From: Spironucleus salmonicida
Lineage: Eukaryota
Reading direction: 5' to 3'
Assembly (NCBI RefSeq): GCF_000497125.1
Contig: NC_090599.1
Location: 930,001-994,000 of the forward strand
DNA length: 64,000 nucleotides
Within the stretch, counting starts at the first letter, position 1; every line of letters starts with the position of its first letter. The translations under genes and the position numbers were made by a program. The notes below the pieces were generated by a model. It made no database searches and was not told the origin of the DNA. It saw only the letters and a list, made by a program, of their open reading frames with translations. This document shows positions 12,756-23,045 of this stretch, in pieces.

Positions 12756-15236
12756 TCATTTTATTATGTCTGGTCCTAAACATGTACCCGTTTATAATGC
12801 GTAATGTTATATATAACGACATCTATTAATTAAAGATAATTTATCATATACTTCTTATTTGTAGAATTAATTTTCAGAAAATAATTTATTGTAACTTGGT
12901 TAGAAAGTTGCACACACTTTAATTTAATCAGATATTATAATTTTATATTATGGTAACTCATCAGTAACTTAAAATATAATAAGGTTGTTGTTAGTATACA
13001 ATCTAGTTTGTACTACACATTTTATTTCTATCCTGGTATAATAATAGTATTAGCTTAATAATAACCTATAATGTTAAATTACTTTATTAGTTTGTTTATA
13101 CTATTCTTAACATATATTAAAGGTTTGTCATATATTGCAGCAAACAATTGTTTATGATTTTCAATAAATTAAGTATCATCATCTTTCATATATACATAAT
13201 TATCCCAAACTAAGTAAGATGTTAATGTATCATTGTTTAAGAATTCTTTTTCTAGTGATGCTTATTATTATATTAATTAACATATTTGCACTCTTAACTA
13301 ATTAGTAATTACTAATTAATTTATTTGTGTGAATACGTTAGCCATAGTATTGTTAGTATTCTTTTATACAATAATAATTGGAGTTAATTACTTTTACATA
13401 TTTGCTAATTATGTTTCTGAGGATTATTGTTTGGTAAGACAATCTTTTCTATATAAATATTCTTCATTAATATTTGATTAAATATATAATTATTTAATAA
13501 TATTTAGTAATTCTTCGTCACTAAAATATGATAAAGAGAAATTAAAGGTTACAAATTAATCCGTTCTAAGTATCTATAATAATTATTACTTAGGTATTGT
13601 TTTTATTTATAATTCAAATAAGAATTTGTAAATTTGGCTAAACATTTCTAATTTAAATCTGTCATACAGCTTTTTGGATTAATATTTAATTTGTTTTGTA
13701 TCTTCTAACAAGTTTGCATTATAACATTGTTTTCTTATTTTAAATAATAGTTATTATATATTTTAATCATCGTTATATATTTAAATCCATTTCTACTCAT
13801 GTTAAGTAATTTTTGAGAAGTTTGGAGCAGATGGTACGAATATATACGTTTTAACATATCTTTACTATTCTGGTAAATCTTAATGTGATTTAAATCTAAT
13901 AGATCTAGCAACAATTTATTTAAACATAGACATGTCTACTATATTATCAGTTATCATAAAATGGTTTACACATCTAAGACTTAACCCTGTCTGACCTATA
14001 GATGATAATATTAATAATTATATTTTGTATCCGTATTTATTTTCATAACTATTAAATATTTATTAAACTTTAGATAACTATATTCCAGATAACTCAGCCG
14101 TATATTTTAAATAAGTTGCTTGCTAATAATGCCTCTTATCTTCTTTGTTAGTATGTTATTATAACTGTTATCCACAAATCGAACATAACGTAGTCTGAGT
14201 AGGTCTTTCATTAAATAAAATGTAACCATTATGTAATAATATTTGTTCATATTGATATAACCCGAAATGAGTTTTAGTGTGATCAAAATATACTACTATT
14301 TTTTTTTTGATCTTTCTATTTTAATATATATTATAATTATTTTATGAAATTATAACTAATAGGTGAACACTTCTTAAGATTTTAAATAGATACTTTATCA
14401 CCTACCAAAATATGATTAGATAATATCTCAGTTCCATCATAATAATATTTAGGTAACAACAATTTAGCTCTATCCAATCCATCAGAGTTAGATGTTACTT
14501 ATAAATATTTATTATATTATTATTACCCGAGTTAACATCTAAACAAATTAAACTATTTTATTAAATTAGGTCCATTTTCTATTTATATGTTATTAGGAAT
14601 ATAGCTAGAATTAAGCTTAGTCCAACTTATAACATGTTCAGCTAATTTTTATATGTTTTAAGTATCATCACCTATACTCTAATTAAATATAGATAATATA
14701 GAATTAATTTCATCTACGTTAGAATTAATTAATGTACCAATAAGACATATAACTCTACAACTATTTAGATGTATTTTAAAGAAATCTCTAAACAGTTTAC
14801 CATAAGTGTTTAACTCTTTTTAATTATATAAATGTTAAAATTCATCTATGATTATATAACTACCTACGAATTAATCTTACAATTCTTAATAAGTATATCT
14901 CAACAGTCCTTATAAAGTAACGAATGTAATTTATAAAGTAGATTAACATTTATGTAAATCATTTTTGAATGCTTATACTGTAGTCTCATTTCCAATTACG
15001 ATTGCTCTATTAGTTATTTATTATATCATAGATATGGCAGTAGTAGTTATACCAGTTCCCATTACGAAGTCTAATATATACCATTTTAATTATTAATTAG
15101 CTAACATAAATATTCTTTAAGCATATAATTAATATTTCTTATATTAGAACTACGTACCAGTATTTTATATATTTAGTTTATCAACGTTAGTGTGCAAAGA
15201 TTAAAATCATAAATCATTTTTATCAATTTAAGTCAT
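12756..15236 (-). CDS. D6/D11-type SF2 helicase (VETF small subunit / ASFV D1133L-like), disrupted
   Basis: LDFVMGTGITTTA, YIIIDEFQHLYNQKELNTYG, CLIGT, Zn-like insert TTLCSICG..H, QIVARSIRFKSHQDLPEQQRYV. In-frame TGA at 15207-15209, frameshift at T10 (14299-14308), probable shift near 13030; 3' end tentative. Confidence 0.85.
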
Positions 15237-15294
15237 TATGTTAATCAATACAAAAAACACAACAATAGAAGATTATCTTTTTTTTCAAATATAA

Positions 15295-16113
15295 ATGTCT
15301 TCTTTTGGTATAGATCAGTACAATGCGTATGCTGGAAGTTTAGGAGAGTCTAGTGTACAATATTATAAAATCAAAAACATATTATTTAATTCAGCTTTCT
15401 ATTTAGGACCTGGACAATCTATTCCTAATTAAACATTCGATGACGATCATTACTTTACTAATATTTAAATTAATAGTATATATTTCTTAGGGAATTATTT
15501 TGATAAAGATAACATAAATGGGTTAAGCTTATACCATGCAGCATATTATTTCTCACCTACTGACAAATTCAACATGTACTTATTCTACGGAGATTTGTAG
15601 TTTACTAGGATGTTCATTCTTGGACATCTATTATAAGATGCTACTGCATAATTGAGTAGTTAAATCATGTTTACTTTCCATTTAATTAAACGAAACTGTA
15701 TATATGTATCTAAAGATATATATTAAATAACAATTGATAAATAAACATACCATGGTCAAATGAATGTTATGTGTTAAAGACTTTACCAGACCTAAGTTAT
15801 TATTGATAAATATAAATTATTTATAGAATTAGTATTAAAATTAAATGAAGAAACCAACAACAAACTAAAAGATTATAAAATATAAGCTAATGAATATTAA
15901 TAATATACTAAGCCAATTAAGTTATCATTATTATAAGATTATTATTAAACTATTAACCGATCGATATAATTATAAACTAATATGAATAAATTTAATACTT
16001 AAAATGTAAATGTTATATCATGTGTAAATATAGTAGATGTGTAGTTAGATAATTCAGTAGTTAACAACATGGATATAAAACAAAGTTGTAACATTAGTCA
16101 AGAACAATAATGA
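15295..16113 (+). CDS. Hypothetical 272-aa protein; C-terminal C-x-N-I...N..I.Q.C pattern reminiscent of NCLDV virion membrane/entry proteins
   Basis: TAAATG start, open with TAR=Gln; ends NVISCVNIVDVQLDNSVVNNMDIKQSCNISQEQQ. Confidence 0.65.
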
Positions 16114-16291
16114 ATTTGAAAAAGATAATTCAAAAAAAATCATATAAACTGATCATAAATTAAATTTATTTAATTACATACGTTCATTTAAATTTATTTA
16201 AGTTTATTTAAGTTAATCAGTTTAATAAAAACATATGTTTTATATATTATATTAATTTACGTATTATTAATTTGATGAATACTATAAAAGT

Positions 16292-16906
16292 TCATTTAGA
16301 AAAACATTACATACATGATTTAGAAATTTCAAATATGTCATTAAATATGCTTAGAAGCTTTTTTTTGTTTTTCTCGAATATAAAGGTTATATATTATTTT
16401 AATAAAATATAAAAATCATCATTAACTTCAATGCGTTTAGACGTATCATCACTAGATAAATATTATATTATACTATTTAATACTACTTATTGTCTATACT
16501 ATCCTAACTTTTTACCTTTAAAACATGACTCAGCTGTTGCCATTAATCCAACAATAACTTAATAAGCTGACTCAACAATGTTCTAATTAACGTAAGCTAC
16601 TTTAACATTTTGCATTATTTATAATGAATATTTTTAATATTTCTTGTTTTGGTTTTATGTTATTATTGATTATTTTAAATTATCTTTACTTATATTATTT
16701 AACAACAGGTCTGTTCTCTACACTAACGTTTCTTAACTGTTTACAGAACTTCCTAAATTATTTACTACAGTGTTCACTATATTACTTTCTATTTTTTCGT
16801 CTATATGTTCATTTTACAGTTTGTAAACTTCTTTTGAAAAATCTTATGAAAAGTCTTCAGACTCTTCTATTATATCTTTAAGAGTTTGGTTAATATCAGG
16901 TGGCAT
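16292..16906 (-). CDS. Hypothetical 204-aa protein, acidic N-terminus, C-terminal CxxC
   Basis: MPPDINQTLKDIIEESEDF...IVGLMATAESCFKGKKLGQ...SKSCMQCFSK-TGA; intact frame. Confidence 0.65.
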
Positions 16907-16946
16907 TTGTTACTGTGAAAAATATTTTTTTATTGGCAGACATCAA

Positions 16947-18080
16947 ATGGGTATTAATGGATTACTGAACTATCTTTAAAGAACAAATAACATATAATAC
17001 GAATAATTTAATTAGTTAGTATTCGTAAAACACAATATAGTAGATTTTAATAACCTTTTATACAAATAATAAAACAATACTTAACGAGAATTTAAACCAA
17101 TAAATAGAATATAAAATGTACTAAACTGTTGTAAATAATTTGCTAATAATCCTGATAAATAATTCTACATAGTGTTAGACCCAATTGGAAAAACTAGAAA
17201 ATAACCTATCATAGATTTTAAATAATATTAAGATATTATAACAACTTATAGCGATCGTAAATGTGAACTAATGTTTAATAATAGCGATATATGTGCTAAA
17301 TATAATAACGGATATGTTGATAGTTACTACCCTTTTAAATATAAGAAAGCAGATTTTAATCATTGGTAGACTGCTAAATTTCCTATATATAATGATATAA
17401 TATGTATGTAATATTTTAAAGATCTACCTAACGTTGAAGTAATATATGCTCCAGTAGAAGCAGATATAACGATAGGCTAATTAGTTTAACGACTATAAAC
17501 TGAAGCTGAAGTAACAAACAATGATATAAATATATTTTCATATGATTCTGATATGTTAATTTATTCTAATGGGGTTAATATGTAAACTAAATAATATATT
17601 ATTAACATGGACACTATTAATAAACAATTACATTTTAAATATATTTATATAATTAAATATATTTCTATAACATATGCAGATTATTTTAATTTAGAAGAAT
17701 AACATTTGTAAACATTATTTGATAAAGTATATCGTTAAAACATACAACAAGTTAATCTTAAGTTTATGTTAGACAACATAAAATATTCTAAATATGATTA
17801 AATAGATCAAATCTAATTATAACTATCTTAATTTAATATTAATACACTAGGTTGTGCTATTATTTTTAATTTATTATTTCTACAACCTGTTTATGATTAG
17901 CATTTGACAACAAGTTAATTGATAGAATAATATTATAATATTAATTATTAATATAAATTAAAACTTGATAGTAACATATTTTAAAATATAACATTTTTAA
18001 TGAACAACTTAGAAATAATTTAGAACCTATCTCCTACAGAATTATAGACTATACGTAATAACAAGATAACAGTTATATGA
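16947..18080 (+). CDS. FEN1/XPG-family PIN-domain 5' nuclease (377 aa; poxvirus G5-like role possible)
   Basis: MGINGLLNYL, IVDFNNLLY, YIVLD, APVEAD, FSYDSDMLIY, ADY motifs in canonical order; intact frame. Confidence 0.85.
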
Positions 18081-18209
18081 TATTTTAATTTATATTTAGT
18101 GTTACTCTCTATTCTTTTTTTCAATTTTAATTTATTTGTATATTTATATTTATTATTTATTAAACTTTAAACTTACAACTATACATGTACCTTTATCAGT
18201 AATAGAATT

Positions 18210-18596
18210 ATTTATATATTTATATATTTATATATTTATATATTTATATATTTATATATTTATATATTTATATATTTATATATTTATATATTTATATATT
18301 TATATATTTATATATTTATATATTTATATATTTATATATTTATATATTTATATATTTATATATTTATATATTTATATATTTATATATTTATATATTTATA
18401 TATTTATATATTTATATATTTATATATTTATATATTTATATATTTATATATTTATATATTTATATATTTATATATTTATATATTTATATATTTATATATT
18501 TATATATTTATATATTTATATATTTATATATTTATATATTTATATATTTATATATTTATATATTTATATATTTATATATTTATATATTTATATTTA
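18210..18596. repeat. 8-bp tandem repeat (TATTTATA)n
   Basis: Direct reading; gives the spurious IYLYIYIF ORF. Confidence 0.95.
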
Positions 18597-18749
18597 TTTA
18601 TTAAATTAACTTCATAAACTCAAACTTACACACATATTTATATTTATTAAACAAACCTCTTAAACAACTTTATGGATAACTTCATGGATAACATCATGTA
18701 TCAGAATTGGAACTTCAACTTAAACTTAGATAACTTACAAATATTATTT

Positions 18750-18919
18750 ATTATTTATATTTATATTTATATTTATATTTATATTTATATTTATATTTAT
18801 ATTTATATTTATATTTATATTTATATTTATATTTATATTTATTTTTTTTTATTTATATTTATATTTATATTTATATTTATATTTATATTTATATTTATAT
18901 TTATATTTATATTTATATT

Positions 18920-18966
<47 letters not shown>

Positions 18967-19849
18967 TTATATTTATATTTATATTTATATTTATATTTAT
19001 ATTTATATTTATATTTATATTTATATTTATATTTATATTTATATTTATATTTATATTTATATTTATATTTATATTTATATTTATATTTATATTTATATTT
19101 ATATTTATATTTATATTTATATTTATATTTATATTTATATTTTATATTTATATTTATATTTATATTTATATTTATATTTATATTTATATTTATATTTATA
19201 TTTATATTTATATTTATATTTATATTTATATTTATATTTATATTTATATTTATATTTATATTTATATTTATATTTATATTTATATTTATATTTATATTTA
19301 TATTTATATTTATATTTATATTTTATATTTATATTTATATTTATATTTATATTTATATTTATATTTATATTTATATTTATATTTATATTTATATTTATAT
19401 TTATATTTATATTTATATTTATATTTATATTTATATTTATATTTATATTTATATTTATATTTATATTTATATTTATATTTATATTTATATTTATATTTAT
19501 ATTTATATTTATATTTATATTTATATTTATATTTATATTTATATTTATATTTATATTTATATTTATATTTATATTTATATTTATATTTATATTTATATTT
19601 ATATTTATATTTATATTTATATTTATATTTATATTTATATTTATATTTATATTTATATTTATATTTATATTTATATTTATATTTATATTTATATTTATAT
19701 TTATATTTATATTTATATTTATATTTATATTTATATTTATATTTATATTTATATTTATATTTATATTTATATTTATATTTATATTTATATTTATATTTAT
19801 ATTTATATTTATATTTATATTTATATTTATATTTATATTTATATTTATT
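18750..19849. repeat. 6-bp tandem repeat (ATATTT)n with a ~43-nt poly-T at 18922-18964
   Basis: Direct reading. Confidence 0.95.
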
Positions 19850-21101
19850 AAAACATCTTCATCAAATTAGATCCGTAATATTAATAAATATAAATATAAA
19901 TTAAAATCGAAAAAAATATAGTATAAGATTAAATAAATATTATTAACTTTACATCTCCTGAATTATTATTTATTTATTTATAGTTATAGTTATATTTATA
20001 TTTAGAAATAATTAATTCATTTAAAACTTTAAACCTTTAACCATTTTAAGATTGGTTAATTTATTCAGATCATTAATATAGATTAATCACTTTTAAAATA
20101 ATTAAATTGAAAAAAAAAATAATATAATATTATATCACATAGATTCTGATGTGTCAGAAGTTTGATATCTGTCTAATATTTCTTGATCTGTGTATTATGT
20201 TTTTATCGCAAGGAGTTCGGCCCAAACTTCTTCGGATAATCCTTATCCTTATACATAAGTATAGTTTGCAGGGTCTGCAGGTAATGCCAGGATTTATGCC
20301 TAAATATATCTATGTTAGTGGACTGCCACCTCTAATTCGTATTTAGTTATCTCTAATGACTTTTTTTCCTGTTCAATTTAACCGTCAAGATATGATAAGC
20401 TATATTGATGGTGTAAGATTCTAAGCGTGTCACCACTTCTGAGAACAATTTAAGTTCTTTTTAATTAATTAGTCAATGACTCAACCATCCTTTAGAATCT
20501 GTCCACGTCATACCGTAAGCATTCGATATGGTCCCAACGTTTTGCGTGGTATTTTTCAGTAGCTTCTGCATTATAGACTTCTGCAAGAGCTTTTGCAGCA
20601 GCTTTTGTATAACGTTATCGTATATCCTATTAACTAGTCTGCAGTGGTTGCAACATTTAATGGTATTTAAAAAAATACGATAGTGTATTATATCCTATGG
20701 GATGTAAATTTTTTCACGTTCAATGCAGAATCACTATTAGAAAAAAATACCAAAAGGTTATGTTTAGGAAAGGAAAAACCTATACATCTACAGTTGGCTA
20801 AAAATCCGGAAGTTACCAAACCTATTATAATAGTAAATTATCTATAATCATAAAAATGAAGCGTTTTTTCTGGGCAAACTACATATTATTATATATTCAT
20901 ATACACTTATTCTAAAACGTTGATTCTAAAAATAGATCGGTTTTGTAGATTTCTAAATAGTTTTTTAGCATCACCAAACACTATATTATTCATATATAAA
21001 GTTATTATTATGATTTTAAAAAAAGAATTGAAACTATCATTTAATATTGTAAATATATATTACTTCTTTTTCTACGAAATTAGTTTTTGTATATAATATA
21101 T
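19840..21101 (-). repeat. Right terminal inverted repeat
   Basis: Reverse complement of 3397-4659. Confidence 0.95.
20135..20656 (-). CDS. Second copy of the TIR-encoded 173-aa protein
   Basis: Mirror of 3843-4364. Confidence 0.7.
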
Positions 21102-23045
21102 ATTTTGGGTGTTTTTATAACTTATTTAAATCATATAATATCTATATATTAAAATGCTGTATAAAAACAGATTCCTAATATTTATTAATATTATTTATAA
21201 TATTGTGATAAATTTACATTATTATTAAGCATATAATAGTATAAGTCTATTTTTATGACAAGAGACAAGAAACCAGCTACTGGTTTAAATTATTTATTAC
21301 TATAAATAAATAATATTTAATTGCCTTGATTTTACTTTTTATACACCACTCTAAATTGTATAGAATTTTTAGAAAGATAATATTGATATAAAATATATAA
21401 TATTAAATCAAAGAAATCATATATACAGTTTTTAAATATAACATATACATATATTAACATATATAAAATCATTATAACCAATAAAATAATTTTCATAAAA
21501 TATATATTATATATATGTTAATAAATATATCTATAGATTTTTATATTTTACAAAATATCGTAAGGGCAGTGCCTTATATATTTCAAAACTATTATAATTA
21601 TTATACTTATAAGTACGAAGTATATTCTGGGCTAGATCAATATATTGTATTAAATATCTTAGGTCATTTATTTAAGAAATATTGCCTAATACGATATAAT
21701 ATAAATCTTTAGTGGTGTAGGTTAAATGAAGATTCAATGGTATTATATTCATGCAGCGATCAAATGTAAGTATTAGAATACTTTACGCATATTCTCATCA
21801 TAGGGTTTATTTCTATTGACTATATTAACTTCGAAATTATTAAATCTAGATAGCCATACTTTTAAGTGTTCAGTAGATTCAAAGACCTGAGCATCTACAG
21901 AATATGAATCTAGAGTCTAGTAATGGTGTTTCTATTTATATATCTCAAAATAAACACAAAATTTACCGAGTGTAAAGTGTTACTTACATACGGGATATTT
22001 CAATAGTTCATAAAGAAACTATAGCTAATACTAATTGCAGATTCTTAGCCAATACCATCCGCATGAAATTACTTCCAATTATTGTCGATGCCTGCCAGAG
22101 ATCTGTATTTCTAGATCCATTAAGAGGTACATTCTGGATTATTTACTTTATTAAGATCGAAACTGCATTTAGATAATAATTTATTATTATCACTATTTTT
22201 GCATAGACTTTATTTATTATAAAATTTGCTCCTAAAGGCCATATAGTATCAACTTGCTGGTTAGTTTAATAAGGTAAACGTAAAAATTAACTTATAGCGC
22301 GCTAGGAGGCCTATTTTAGATGAAATAATTGCAGTAAAATGTTTACTAAATATTATTAAGCACGCTATCTTGCTTCATCACCTAAAGAGACGATTTACAT
22401 TAGATATCGCTGAATTAAACATCAGCAATGCTAATAAAATAATAGCATATACTTCTAAAGTAAGTAAGATACTATATATAGTTTATCTATTTTCTCAATA
22501 TAAGACATATCAATATTTTTACACAACGTTACCTATTGAACTATATAATCAATTTTTGCAATATAATTATTACAGAATAATAATTACTTATAACTCAATT
22601 TTTAAAACAAAATATATCTTGTATAAACCAATTTGCCAGAACACCAATAATAAAATTTATTGTATTTAAAACACATTATATGTTAACATTACATATTTAC
22701 CATTATTACAATTAAAAAACTAATTTAGTTTGTGTTTTATTTATATAATAATGCAATATGCAATATTTTATTTTAAATAAATTCTTAGCAAGATTCTTTC
22801 TCTCGAGGATTACACATTTTTAAGTATTTTAAGATATTTAATTAGATATTCTTTCATAAAAAATTACAATTAAAATTATCCGCGACAATTACTTTCTAAT
22901 TAAACCTATTCTCCACCACCTAGCCATTCTTAGAGTAAAACCACAATTTTCCACATTTACAACATCTGACCTTTCCAAAATAAAACCTAAAATTCATATC
23001 ATTCATAACTTAAAACCTCTAATTTCCCAGATTCTCAATTTAAAA

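Larger units (their letters stand above)
3397..21101. mobile_element. TIR-bounded endogenous DNA-virus-like element (~17.7 kb) with NCLDV/asfarvirus-like genes
   Basis: ~1.26-kb TIRs, extreme AT content, tightly packed TAR=Gln ORFs with primase-helicase, packaging ATPase, SF2 helicase and FEN1-like motifs. Confidence 0.88.

Noticed and set aside
15207-15209. TGA read as Trp (ambiguous code) in viral genes
   Set aside because: Only one or two possible cases; TGG is used for Trp and TGA ends the genes, so nonsense change or error is more likely
18210-19849. CRISPR array or telomeric repeat
   Set aside because: No spacers, no G-rich strand, and internal position
18136-19904. 157-aa and 410-aa ORFs in the ORF track
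   Set aside because: Translations of 8-bp and 6-bp AT microsatellites
3397-21101. Canonical Polinton/Maverick call
   Set aside because: Size and TIRs fit, but no protein-primed PolB, retroviral-type integrase, protease, AGT-type termini or clear 6-bp TSD could be seen
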